From IMG/VR virus record IMGVR_UViG_3300023371_000103: a stretch of 64,000 bases of DNA. One strand, 5' to 3'. The notes beneath the pieces were generated by a model that was given only the letters and a program-made list of their open reading frames with translations, searched no databases and was not told the origin of the DNA. The translations under genes were made by a program, and so were the position numbers. This document shows, piece after piece, positions 37,057 through 47,900 of this stretch. Numbering within the stretch: position 1 is the first letter of the stretch; each line of letters begins with the position of its first letter. Source of the DNA: an uncultured virus (IMG/VR IMGVR_UViG_3300023371_000103) (Duplodnaviria; Heunggongvirae; Uroviricota; Caudoviricetes).

Positions 37057-39159
37057 ATGAAAATAAAAGGATTACAGTTGGTCAATTGGTGCCAGCACCG
37101 GGAACTCACCGTGCATTTTGACGCGGGACTGGTCGGGATCCTGGGTCCTAACGGATCCGGAAAGAGTAATATCATCCGGGCACTGGTGTATGCTCTGACA
37201 GGGTATACTCCCACAAACAAGCTGGAGTATATCAGCACCGGGGAAAAGACCGGATCTGTCGCGCTGGAGATCTGCACGGATAACGGCGCGGAAAATTATA
37301 AGATCACCCGCGCCATTCAGAACGGGACTGTTTCCGTGAGTCGTCTGAACGACGGTATCTGGGAGGTCATCACGAAAACTTCTGCGGATGCCCGGGCCTT
37401 GATCGCGGAGATGATCCACATCTCGGCGGACGTGGCGTGTCAGGTCTTCTGTACCCCGCAGGAAGATCTGGTGTCGCTCTTCCGCGAGACTTCCGCAAAA
37501 CGGAATCAGATACTGCAGCGGGTCTTTTCGCTTCAGTTTTTTGAACGGGAGCGAAAGAAGATCATGGAGATCCTGCAGACCGTAGATCAGAAGGCGGCGG
37601 AACTGGAAGCGCAGCTGGTTCTTTTGTCGGATCAGCGGGCGCAGAAAGAAGCATTCCTTCAAAGTTTCGCTTCCCTGCCGCCAAAACAGACGCTGGAGGA
37701 TATGCTGAAGTCTCTGACGGAATCCGGACAGGAGACGGCCAGAAGACTTGGTTCTGTGCAGCTGCGGGCGTATCTGTCTGCACAGCAGGAAAAAGGGGAG
37801 GCAGAGCTGCAGATGATACAGGAACGGCTGCGGGAGCCGGCTCCTGTCTGCGAGGAGACCCGCTCCCGGGCGGATCTGGAGACTCAATTAACGCTTTCCC
37901 TTCAGCGGCAGGCGGAGCGCAGCGCAGTGTATAAACAGGCTTCTGCCTTTCTGAGACTCGCTCCTCCGGAAGAGATTGATCCGGACGAGCTGGATCGGCT
38001 TCAGGCACAGTATACCGATCTGGTTGCGGAGACGAAGGAGGCACAAAAGCTCTTTGATCTGATCACCGGCTGCGGCACAGAGGGACGCTGTCCCACGTGC
38101 GGGGCGAAAACATCATGGACTGAGGATGACCTGCGAAAGGCGCAGGCACACTTTACGGAGGCGCGGCAGAAGCTCTCGGAGCTGAAATCGTATATGACAC
38201 TCCGGAAACAGGAGATCGAGAAACAGGCCCGCCGGAACTCGCAGTATGCTTCGCATCTTGAGGCATTGGAGCAGCCGCTTGCCAGTCTCGGCTACATGGG
38301 AGTACCGGCAGAGGTATTCCCTGCGCTGGAGAAGGACTTGACAGATCTGGATCTTGAAGTCCATAACCTTAGAGAGTCCCTGAAGAAAGTGTCCGGTCAC
38401 GAAGCCGCGTCTCAGGCGTGGCGGCAGGAGCAGGAACGTCTTCAGACACGGCTCGAAGAGCTGAACCGTAATCTTCAGGCGATTCAGGAGAATCCAGTGT
38501 GGTCTGAGATGGAGGTTCAGGATACGGCTGCACTGGAACAGGAGCAGGCTGTTATTAATAAACAGATCCAGCAGGTGAAGGACCAGCTTCTGGAGCGTGT
38601 TCAGTATGACGGGATCGCACTGGAGCTGGAAGGGATCTCGCAGGATGTTCTCAGGATCCGGAATCAGCTGAAGGAGACGGATCCGGAGCTTCGTCGGGAC
38701 CTGCACGCATTGGCGGATATGTTCCACATCAAGGCGTTTCCGGCGAAAGTTGCCTGCGACATCTACAGGAAGCTGACAGAGAAGATCCGGATATACCTGA
38801 CCGAATTTAACGCACCGTTTACGGTAGAGTTCGTGGAGGGCGGAGACTTTTTCTGTCACTTCGATAACGGAACGGTGCAGCTGGCAGCCAGACTCTCCGG
38901 AGGGGAGAAGATGCTGTTGTCGATCGCGTTCCGGCTTGCGCTTCATTCCGTATTTGCGCAGGATGACACCGGCGGTTTCGTGATGCTGGACGAGCCTACG
39001 ACTTTTCTGGATTCCAGAAACCGAGGCGCGTTGACGGATGTGCTGAAGCGTCTGAAGGAATCCCCGGTGTTTTCGGATCTGCAGATCTTCATCGTGACGC
39101 ATGATGAGATGCTGCGCCCATTATTCAATTCGTTAGTTGACTTAGGAGAAAAGAAATGA
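37057..39159 (+). CDS. sbcC: SbcC/Rad50-like SMC ATPase
   Basis: GPNGSGKS; coiled coil; CPTCG hook; LSGGE; MLDEPT; VTHD. Confidence 0.9.
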   Translation: MKIKGLQLVNWCQHRELTVHFDAGLVGILGPNGSGKSNIIRALVYALTGYTPTNKLEYISTGEKTGSVALEICTDNGAENYKITRAIQNGTVSVSRLNDGIWEVITKTSADARALIAEMIHISADVACQVFCTPQEDLVSLFRETSAKRNQILQRVFSLQFFERERKKIMEILQTVDQKAAELEAQLVLLSDQRAQKEAFLQSFASLPPKQTLEDMLKSLTESGQETARRLGSVQLRAYLSAQQEKGEAELQMIQERLREPAPVCEETRSRADLETQLTLSLQRQAERSAVYKQASAFLRLAPPEEIDPDELDRLQAQYTDLVAETKEAQKLFDLITGCGTEGRCPTCGAKTSWTEDDLRKAQAHFTEARQKLSELKSYMTLRKQEIEKQARRNSQYASHLEALEQPLASLGYMGVPAEVFPALEKDLTDLDLEVHNLRESLKKVSGHEAASQAWRQEQERLQTRLEELNRNLQAIQENPVWSEMEVQDTAALEQEQAVINKQIQQVKDQLLERVQYDGIALELEGISQDVLRIRNQLKETDPELRRDLHALADMFHIKAFPAKVACDIYRKLTEKIRIYLTEFNAPFTVEFVEGGDFFCHFDNGTVQLAARLSGGEKMLLSIAFRLALHSVFAQDDTGGFVMLDEPTTFLDSRNRGALTDVLKRLKESPVFSDLQIFIVTHDEMLRPLFNSLVDLGEKK

Positions 39160-39458
39160 CAAGAGAAGAACTGTATAAGCTGGTAAGCGACGGAGAGATC
39201 CACATCGTGGAGTTCGGCGCCGACAACTGTGCTGCCTGCCGTGCCGCTGGGATGGTACAGGCGCAGCTTAAGAAAAAGTATCCGGAAGTGAGCTTTACGC
39301 AGGTACGTCTGGAAGATTCGCCGGAGTTGTCTTCAGAGTTCACGATCGACCGCCTGCCGTACACGCAGATATGGAAAGACAAGGAAATTCAAGCGGAATT
39401 TCAGGGGCTTTGTTCGGCAAAGAAGCTGGAAGAAATTATCGAGGACCTGAAATCATGA
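39156..39458 (+). CDS. Thioredoxin-like protein
   Basis: VEFGADNCAAC; cis-Pro RLPY; 100 aa. Confidence 0.8.
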   Translation: MTREELYKLVSDGEIHIVEFGADNCAACRAAGMVQAQLKKKYPEVSFTQVRLEDSPELSSEFTIDRLPYTQIWKDKEIQAEFQGLCSAKKLEEIIEDLKS

Positions 39459-40927
39459 ATGTGCAGATCCTGAGGAATGGAAATTCCATTGAGATCCGAG
39501 GCGAGCGGGGCACGGCATTGGAGCCGGGGCTCCGTTCTTCTTTACACAATACATTCCAGTACACAAAGACGGAGAGGATCCGGAGCGGGCGCAAGTGGCA
39601 GTATGTCGCGACACCGGTCTACATGATGGTGGATACGACAAAGGACACTCTGATCACGACCTACGGCATGTGTCCGGCGGTCGTGCGTTTTCTTCAGAAG
39701 GAAGGGCACACCCTCCAGTGTCAGGACCTGACGCCGCCGGACCAGAATTATATTCATCTGGAACCGGATCGGTCCGTGCTGGATCGGTACGCTTTCCGAA
39801 CGGGGCAGCTGGAAGCCCTCGAAGCGTTCATTCAGGGACGCCATGGAGTATTGTGCGCTCCGGTCGGCTTTGGAAAGACGTTTCTGTTAAGTGTACTGAT
39901 CCAGATGTACCCGACGGCGAAGTTTCATATCTGCACCCGGTCCCGGGATGTTCTGAATGAGATTTACCGGCGTCTGGTATCGGTCACGCCCGATGTCGGA
40001 ATGTTCTGCGGTGAGCGTAAGGATCGGGATTGCCGGGTCACAGTAATTACCGCGGACAGTCTTGGACGGCTGGATACGCAGGATGTGGCGTTTCTGATTT
40101 TCGATGAGTGTCATCAGGCTGCGGCTCCAACGTACATGGATGTCCTGCTGACCAAGTACACCGTCTCAAGGATGTACGGGTTTACAGCGACGCCAAAGGG
40201 ACGCTCGGACGGAGCGGACACCGCGCTGAACTGGATCTTCGGGGATGTTATTTATAACATGAACTATGAGGCAGGAGTTCAGGGCGGGCTGGTGGTCCCG
40301 ATCACAGTCGAGTGGCTTCATTGTTTCGACGCGGACGGGACCTCCGGAATGTGGAGCGAGACGGTTTCCCGAAACCGGCATCTTATCTGGCGAAACGGGT
40401 ATCGGAATGCACTGATCTCCAGTTACGTGAATGAGAAGTGTGCGGAAGACGAGAAGGTCCTGATCCTGGTCTCTACGATTGAGCATGCGCTCTATCTGAA
40501 ACAGTACCTGCCGGAATTTACGCTGGTACACGGCAATCTGAAACCGGATGATCTGTACCGGTATCAAAGGCAGGGGCTGCTTCCGGAGGACTATGTTCCG
40601 CTGAAGGCAAAGGATCGGAACCGCATGAAGGAAGAGTTCAAAAACGGGACTCTTCGGCGTGTGATCGCGACGGATGTCTGGTCTACGGGTGTAGATTTTC
40701 CGGATCTGTCCGTTGTCATTAACGCATCGGCGCGGGCTTCTTCCATTTCAGCGATGCAGGGCGGCGGGCGTGCCTCCCGTGTCGCGGATGGAAAGTCTTC
40801 GGCAAGAGTTGTGGATATTGTGGACCGGTTTGACGGAACGAATTCTCCGTTTTATCGGAACGCATGCAGCAGAAAACAGACATACGAAGAAGCAGGATGG
40901 ACCCAAAGTGGCTGGAAGCGCTTGTGA
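39455..40927 (+). CDS. Superfamily 2 DNA helicase (UvsW-like)
   Basis: APVGFGKT; FDECH; GFTATP; STGVDFP; QGGGRASR. Confidence 0.88.
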   Translation: MNVQILRNGNSIEIRGERGTALEPGLRSSLHNTFQYTKTERIRSGRKWQYVATPVYMMVDTTKDTLITTYGMCPAVVRFLQKEGHTLQCQDLTPPDQNYIHLEPDRSVLDRYAFRTGQLEALEAFIQGRHGVLCAPVGFGKTFLLSVLIQMYPTAKFHICTRSRDVLNEIYRRLVSVTPDVGMFCGERKDRDCRVTVITADSLGRLDTQDVAFLIFDECHQAAAPTYMDVLLTKYTVSRMYGFTATPKGRSDGADTALNWIFGDVIYNMNYEAGVQGGLVVPITVEWLHCFDADGTSGMWSETVSRNRHLIWRNGYRNALISSYVNEKCAEDEKVLILVSTIEHALYLKQYLPEFTLVHGNLKPDDLYRYQRQGLLPEDYVPLKAKDRNRMKEEFKNGTLRRVIATDVWSTGVDFPDLSVVINASARASSISAMQGGGRASRVADGKSSARVVDIVDRFDGTNSPFYRNACSRKQTYEEAGWTQSGWKRL

Positions 40928-41492
40928 AGTTTTTAGAGAAGTTTATTTCAGGCTCTACAATGAGCAGAACAATACCAGATACGGAAAGACCAGAATGCCG
41001 AGGTATGACGGCGGCACGGCAGTAGACGGGCGAAAGTACAAGCCGGTATGGCCGTCCGTCGCGCAGAAACTGCTGGACCATGGTTTGGACGTGGAGTCCT
41101 ATTTGCAGGACACGCTGTCCCGGTACACGATCCGGTCTCCTCAGGAGGCCGTGAAGTCGGAGTATATCGAAAGGTACAAGCGGGAGCTGCAAAACGATGC
41201 GTCTGTAAAGGATGCGTGGGATGCTGAGGAAAAGACCCTTCTTTCTGAGGTGGAGATCCGCAGGCATCTGGGAGAGGACCCGGTCATGTCCCTGGTGAAT
41301 GCTGTCTGTGATCCTGGGATCTCTGTTTCGCCGCTGGTTCGGTATTGTTTTGCTGCCTTGAATGGCAAAGCGCACTTTGTGAAAGATTTACGGCAGGATG
41401 CGTATGAGCAGTATTGCCAGAAGCGTCATGCCTACGATCGTTTTTGCGGAGGTAGGATACCGCCTGAATGGAGGAGCCATGGAAATTATTGA
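40908..41492 (+). CDS. Hypothetical protein
   Basis: GTG start overlapping the helicase end; start uncertain. Confidence 0.65.
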   Translation: MAGSACEVFREVYFRLYNEQNNTRYGKTRMPRYDGGTAVDGRKYKPVWPSVAQKLLDHGLDVESYLQDTLSRYTIRSPQEAVKSEYIERYKRELQNDASVKDAWDAEEKTLLSEVEIRRHLGEDPVMSLVNAVCDPGISVSPLVRYCFAALNGKAHFVKDLRQDAYEQYCQKRHAYDRFCGGRIPPEWRSHGNY

Positions 41493-43098
41493 AGTTTTGA
41501 TCGCGGTGAAGCATCTGATCCGCCTGCCGGTTCTGTATCAGACGTATGCTTCCCTTTTGAAGGATACCTGTTTTAAGGTGCCCCGCGATGGAATCTATCA
41601 GGGAGACAACTATGAGGAGCTGCCGCTTCTGTACCTGTGGCAGGCACTGAAAAGGTACTATCAGGAGCAGGAGACTTCGGAAGCTCCGACTCGAGGGCTG
41701 ATGGAGTACTATCTGCGGGAGGTCCTGCGGGATGTATTCGTAGACGAGGATCTCGAGTTCAAGCTGGTACAGGACAGGGATCCGGAAAGCGGTTTTCTGG
41801 CGTATGTCTTTGACGACGAGGACGAGCTGAACACGGTGATCGGAACATCGCTCATGCGCCGGTTCCTTGAGGACCGTGTCGTGACGAGCGGTCTGTATGC
41901 GCTTCGATCTTTTCAGGAGGAAGAGGCGCTTACGGATAAGCTGGAGTCGTTGGCGGAGCAGGCGCGGATGATCCAGACTGCCGGTACGACGGACAGTGCG
42001 GAACTGCCGTTTACGGACGAGTTCTTTGACTCGCTTCCTGAGGAGACGCCGCGGCAGCCTACCGGGGTTCCGTATCTTGACCGGGCGCTTGGCGGAGGTG
42101 AAGCTCCGGGAGAGTGCTATTGTGTCATGGGGGCTACCGGCGCGGGAAAAACGACTTTCGCGGTCAGCACCGCCGTCAGCTGTGCCCGGCAGTCTTTCGC
42201 GGAGTCCTGCCGAACGGGTGCGGCGCCTCAGCTGGTCCTGTACTACACCTATGAGGAGAATCGGGATGCACAGCTGCGGAGGTTTCTCTCCTCGGGAGCC
42301 AGTATCCGGCGGGACCGGATCTCGATCTCCCGGGACGCGGATCATGGGATTATTCGTCCGGTCTCCACCGGGATGAACAACGCCTATGAGTATGAGCTGC
42401 GCCGCTGGCCGAACGGCATCACACAGTTTGAGCGGGAGCGGTACAATCAGTTCAGTCAGATCGCCAACAAGACGATCCGGATCAGAAACTTTTCCGGTGT
42501 TCCGGACCTGACGGATACTCCGGAGAGTGCCGCGGTCAAGCGAAAGATGGGCTGCGGCGGTGTCATGGAGATCCTGATGGACGCCCGGCGTATTCAGGAA
42601 CAGTGCGGAACAACGATCCGGTCGATCTTCATTGACTATATCGGTCTGCTGTGCATGCGGCAGGCGAATTACAACAATGACGAGTACTATGGACGGCTGA
42701 AGTCCATCGGCGACGAGCTTCGCATGAAGCTGGCCGGGGAACTGAACTGTGCGGTCTGGGTCATGCACCAGCTTTCCGGTGTGGCGAACAGCTACTCACC
42801 TCTTCGCAAGCCTTCGCTTGCAGATGGTGAAGGCTGCAAGAGCCTGCCGGTAAACATGCAGCTGTGTCTTGTTCTGGGGGTTCCGGACGGGGCGCAGCGC
42901 AGAGGCTGCGGAGGACCCCGGCTTTATTGTGTTGCGGCAAAGCAGCGCAACGCCGGGTGCACAGACATGCGGGACGGGATCATTCTTCAGCATGATGAGG
43001 ATTTCGTTCGGCTGAATGAAGTTACGTCGCAGTTCCGTCCGAATCCGCGTCTTCGCGGGTTTGAGCGGAGAGGCAATGATCGGGCTGAAATGCTTTAG
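41479..43098 (+). CDS. Replicative DNA helicase (DnaB/RecA-like SF4)
   Basis: TGVPYLDRALGGG; GATGAGKT; IFIDYIG; WVMHQL; KQRN. Confidence 0.85.
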   Translation: MEIIEVLIAVKHLIRLPVLYQTYASLLKDTCFKVPRDGIYQGDNYEELPLLYLWQALKRYYQEQETSEAPTRGLMEYYLREVLRDVFVDEDLEFKLVQDRDPESGFLAYVFDDEDELNTVIGTSLMRRFLEDRVVTSGLYALRSFQEEEALTDKLESLAEQARMIQTAGTTDSAELPFTDEFFDSLPEETPRQPTGVPYLDRALGGGEAPGECYCVMGATGAGKTTFAVSTAVSCARQSFAESCRTGAAPQLVLYYTYEENRDAQLRRFLSSGASIRRDRISISRDADHGIIRPVSTGMNNAYEYELRRWPNGITQFERERYNQFSQIANKTIRIRNFSGVPDLTDTPESAAVKRKMGCGGVMEILMDARRIQEQCGTTIRSIFIDYIGLLCMRQANYNNDEYYGRLKSIGDELRMKLAGELNCAVWVMHQLSGVANSYSPLRKPSLADGEGCKSLPVNMQLCLVLGVPDGAQRRGCGGPRLYCVAAKQRNAGCTDMRDGIILQHDEDFVRLNEVTSQFRPNPRLRGFERRGNDRAEML

Positions 43099-43106
43099 GA
43101 GGACCT

Positions 43107-44162
43107 ATGCAAAATCCCAGACTGTATCTGAAGCTGCAGGAACTTTTTGGTGAGGTTCGTGTAGCCCGGGCGGGAGAGACGGGTGATCCTCCTGAGGTTT
43201 ATAAAGATCCGGTAACAGGCAAATGGTTTACCCGCTATGTTACGGGAATGAATCATGGGGAGGAGTATCATGTCTGCTGCCCGTTCTGTCAGGATACCGG
43301 CTTTCACCTGTATATTAATCACCAGTACGGGCTGAGTGATCCGTATGGCAACGCGATCCGGCTTGCGAACTGCTATCACAAATGTCTTGAGAAACCGGAA
43401 AACCGAAACCGGCTTTTTCAGGATGTCGCGGTAGCTTATCGGACACAGCCTGTCAACATGGCGCTTGCGAAGAAACTTCAGAAGACGCCGCCTCCGGCGG
43501 TGGTGCGTCCGGTGCCGGTGCTGGAAAATGTTCGGCTTCTGTCGGATCTTCCTCCCGAACATTCGGCAAATCAGTATTTATTGTCCAGGGGTTTTGATCT
43601 TTCTATTGCGAAAACGTTTCAGCTTGGTTATTACGAGAATGAGAGGGCGTCGTCTGTCATCGAGAAGATGGCGAACGGACGGCTGATCATTCCGATCTGT
43701 CAGGGTCACGTTCAGGTGGGCTGGCAGGCCAGAAAAATTTCAGACAGTGCGAGAGGGCCGAAGTATTTCACTTCACCCGGATTGTCTGTCGGAAGCGTTT
43801 TGTACAATTTTGACGCGGCCCGGAAGGGAGCATACGTGGTGCTCACAGAAGGGGTCGCGGATGTATGGCGGATAGGAGATCCTGCCGTATGTCTTTTTGG
43901 GAAGGCATTATCCCTTGGTCAGAAAAGTCTGATCCTGAAAGAGTTGAGCGGCAAAAAGATAGTGGTTATGTTAGACCGTGACGCGGAAGCGGACGGGAAT
44001 CGTATCGTGCAGCAGCTGCGGAATGCAGGTGCGGCAGATGTTCAATTTCTGGGGATACCTGAAGGATATAACGATCCTGGTGAAACTCCGCCATACATGC
44101 TGGAAACCTTTATTAAGGAGAAGCTGTATGGAAAATCGAGTGACTCTGGAACAGGTCTATGA
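43107..44162 (+). CDS. DNA primase (Zn finger + TOPRIM)
   Basis: CCPFC; GRLIIPI; GWQAR; PKY; TEGVAD; MLDRD. Confidence 0.88.
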   Translation: MQNPRLYLKLQELFGEVRVARAGETGDPPEVYKDPVTGKWFTRYVTGMNHGEEYHVCCPFCQDTGFHLYINHQYGLSDPYGNAIRLANCYHKCLEKPENRNRLFQDVAVAYRTQPVNMALAKKLQKTPPPAVVRPVPVLENVRLLSDLPPEHSANQYLLSRGFDLSIAKTFQLGYYENERASSVIEKMANGRLIIPICQGHVQVGWQARKISDSARGPKYFTSPGLSVGSVLYNFDAARKGAYVVLTEGVADVWRIGDPAVCLFGKALSLGQKSLILKELSGKKIVVMLDRDAEADGNRIVQQLRNAGAADVQFLGIPEGYNDPGETPPYMLETFIKEKLYGKSSDSGTGL

Positions 44163-44664
44163 AGCGTATCACAAAATGAAGTGGTGCATTTTCAGGCAGG
44201 GGATCCCGTATCTTCCGCCGTGGATGGATGCGGAGGACCTCTGGCAGGACATTCTGCTTGACGGCCTGAAACGGGTGCCGGAGCTTTACCGCCCGGAACT
44301 CGCGGAATTGACCACCTACGTGACGTATCGGGGCATCTACTTCCTGAGGAACTTCCGAACAAAGCGGAGCCGGAGGAAGATCAGTTTCCTGCCGTTGAAT
44401 ATAGACTATGAACCGGAAGGTGAAGAACCGCTCAACGTGCCGGATTATAAAAAGATGCTCTTTCAGATGTCTGCCGTGCTCAGACCGAACATGCGCATCA
44501 TTCTTCGCTGTAAATGCAGCGGGATGACAGATGATGCGATCGGTGTGAGGCTGGGCGTCAGCCGTCAGAGGGTCGATCAGTTGTTCCACAGAGCGATCGC
44601 GGAGATCCAGAGTCAGTTTGACCAGAAGAAAGTTGACAAATTGGAAGAAGAAGCAACGTTCTGA
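44128..44664 (+). CDS. Phage sigma70-family factor (regions 2 and 4)
   Basis: DAEDLWQD...YRPELAELTTYVTY; HTH MTDDAIGVRLGVSRQRVDQLFHRA. Confidence 0.78.
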   Translation: MENRVTLEQVYEAYHKMKWCIFRQGIPYLPPWMDAEDLWQDILLDGLKRVPELYRPELAELTTYVTYRGIYFLRNFRTKRSRRKISFLPLNIDYEPEGEEPLNVPDYKKMLFQMSAVLRPNMRIILRCKCSGMTDDAIGVRLGVSRQRVDQLFHRAIAEIQSQFDQKKVDKLEEEATF

Positions 44665-44721
44665 TTCCGTTGACAGGCACCTGTTTCGGCGGGTGCCTTT
44701 ATTTATGGAGCTATTAATAAC

Positions 44722-44985
44722 ATGATATATTGTCTTTCCTTATGGGAAAAAGAGAGAACGCCGGAAGATCTGGCGCGGGAATGGCAGCAGGCAGGAGATT
44801 CCGGGTACATTCCGGAAATGGCTGCCGCGGTGCTGGAGCACGGTTACTGCTACCGGCTTCGGGATCCGCCGGTCGTTCATCTATTTCCGACGAAACGTCT
44901 TCTGAAAAGGTGGCTGAAAGATAACGGATGCCCGGAAGACACGTTGTTTGAGAAAGTTTATTTTCAGGAAGAAAATGTACCATAG
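44722..44985 (+). CDS. Hypothetical protein
   Basis: GGAG RBS; overlaps the polymerase start. Confidence 0.6.
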   Translation: MIYCLSLWEKERTPEDLAREWQQAGDSGYIPEMAAAVLEHGYCYRLRDPPVVHLFPTKRLLKRWLKDNGCPEDTLFEKVYFQEENVP

Positions 44986-47900
44986 ATTCCACATTGATGA
45001 GGCTCTGGCGGCGGTTTCCGAGATCACGCCGGAGCTTGAAATGTCTTTGGAGCAGTCGGGTGAGACGCTGCCGGACTTTATTCGCAGGCAGCTGTACACG
45101 GAGGAGTCTCCAGACGTAATTGTCAGCAGAAAAGGGAAGTCTCAGCGCCGCGGCTGGAAGCAGGGGCACCATTTGGATCCTGCTTTCGGAAAGCGGATCG
45201 TGGAAGCACAGGTCATGGTCCTGCCGTATGCCCCGCTTGAGGCGGATTTCTTCTGTATGCCGCAGACGGAGATCTGGCAGGAGCAGCAGGCAGCCTATTC
45301 TCTCTGGGACCGGCTGTCTCCCATGCTGGAGCAGGAAGGATTTACAGATTGGGAAAGCTGGTACCTTACGTTCCTGGTCAAGTACACCGAGTTCGAAGGG
45401 GTAGACCGGATGACGGCGAAAGATGAGCGGGCATGCCGGTTTATTTTGGAACAGGAGCTGAAGAGAGTACGTCCGGAGTACATTCTGGCACTGGGGACGC
45501 GTTCCCTTTTGTATTTTCTTGGGAAGACTTCTGCCAAAGCGGAGTCGGTCGTGGCGAATCAGTATCGTGTCCAGTACGAATGTGCGGACGGCACACAGCT
45601 GTCGTTTACGATCATTTGTGCTCCTTCTCCGAAGCAGATCCTGGATCCGCGTGACGGACGTCTTTACGGGCTGCTTCTTCAGAGACAGCTGAAAGTACTG
45701 CACGCCTGTCTGGATCCGTCGGTTGCCGGGGAGGTCCGTAAAACAGACTACCATTTCGTGCGGACGGCGGAGGAGCTTCGACCGCTTGTGAAGGCGATCA
45801 AGGACGCGGCTAAGAAAGATCCGAAACGGCGTGTGATCGCGGTTGACCTTGAATGGGAGGGAGAGTATCCGGAGGAAGACGGAGCGTATCTTCTGACGGT
45901 CCAGTTCTCTTCCCGGCCGGGTGAAGCAGTCGTTGCGGTCTTTAATGAAGGACCGCCTCTGGGAACTTCCGAAGATGACAAGCGGAAAACGGCGTTGAAG
46001 GGGGAGCTGAAGAAGCTGCTCCTTCCCTCGAAGAGCTGGAGACCGCGGGTAGGGGGGCACTTCCTTCGTGCGGACATGCCCTGGCTTCTTCATCTGGGGT
46101 TGGTCGAGCGGGATTCCGCGACGAAAAAGATCAAGCGTTCCATTCTGGATTCGTATGCTGCGCCGGATGAGGAGCTGACGCCGGAGGGGGAACCCTTGTG
46201 TAAGTATGAAGGCGGCTGGGATACGTCCCTGATGTATCATGCCTTTGATGAAAAGGACTCCTACGGTCTGAAGTATCTCGTCGGGAAAGAGCTTGGATTT
46301 CCGCAGTGGGATATTCCTTTGACTGATTACATTGCGGAACTGAAGGCGCGGGATCGAAGTTTCAAACTGAGGGGCTACGGCTGTATCCCTCCGGAGATCC
46401 TGCATCCTTATGCGGCGCAGGATGCGGACTACACGAGAACGCTGGCAGAGCTTTGCATGTTCGGACTGGACGGCAGGCCTGCGCTTCTGGATGAAGATGC
46501 TTTTGGGAATCCGTCATGGAGACCTTATTGGCTGGCACACAGGGCGAGTCTCGGTTTCTTTGAGATCGAGTACTACGGACTTCTTCTGGACCGCGGACGG
46601 TATCGGCAGCTCTCTGAGGACTTCCGGTACGTTGCTGATATTCTTCTGGAAGAGCTTCGCCGCAGGATCAACTGGCCGGAATTTAACCCGGCGAGTACGC
46701 TGCACAGGCAGGCGATCCTGTTCAGTGCGCAGGATGTTCCGGCGCTGGCTGGTGTGCTCCCGGAAGGTGCGGTTTGTCAGAATCTGGCTCCGGTCTACGA
46801 TTCCAAATACAAACAGCTGTGGGAACAGCTTGAGGATCTGGGGGAAGCGAATCCGTCTACGGATAAGAACGTGCTGGATATGCTGGCGCGTATCAATCCG
46901 GTCGCGCAGCTTTTGAAAGACATCTGCAAGCTGACGCATACACTTGGGAGTGTCTTGAGTGAGTTCAAACTGGAAGAGGACCTGATCGGCGACCACACGC
47001 TCTATAAGAAAGGGCATTTTCAGTTTCTGAGGACAGACGGGCGCATTCATTCGCATATGCGCCAGCTGCTGGCTACTGGGCGTTCTGCTTCCAGTCGTCC
47101 GAACCTGCAGAATCTGGGAAAGTCCGCGGAGGTAGAGTACGCCCGGATCCTGGGTACCCAGGAGAAGGACGGCACCTTGTCAGGGGCTTATCTGGATGTA
47201 CTTGGGGACGCCTGCTACAGGTACCCTGTCCGTACGATCTACAAGGCGGCGGAGGACTATATCCTGATGGAAGCGGACTTGACAGGTGCCGAGCTGGCGA
47301 CGATGGCGTGGATCTCGCAGGATCCCAACATGATGGAGCACGTGCGAAGAAATATCCTGCCGGAGTCGGATCCGGACTTCTACGATATTCACTCGCACAT
47401 TGCCGTACAGGCGTTCCGGCTGGACTGTGAACCTACCAAGAAAGGTCTGGCGGCGGTAGGCAAGAAGCATCTGCGGATCGCGGCGAAGGCCGTGGCTTTT
47501 GGTATTCCTTATGGGCGCGGTGCGAAAGCGATCGCGTTCCAATGCCGGACACAGGGGATCGACTTGTCCAAAAGTGAGGCGGAGGGGATCATTCAGACCT
47601 ATTTTGATATGTATCCCAGGACACGCACTTTTCTGGACACCTGCAAGGCTTCGGTACGGAAGCCCGGCTATGTCGAGACGCTGTACGGCAGAAAGCGAAG
47701 GTTTCATTATACGTCGGTGACGGATGATGAGACGGAGCACAAGATGGGACGTGAGTTCTGCAATGCTCCCATTCAGGGGACGGTCGCGGACAGTATCAAC
47801 GTCGCCATCTTCAATCTTCTGAAGGCGCGGAGGGAAGATCCGGCATTGGATTTCCGCATCGTGATGCAGATCCACGACGCGCTTCTTCTGGAGGTGCATA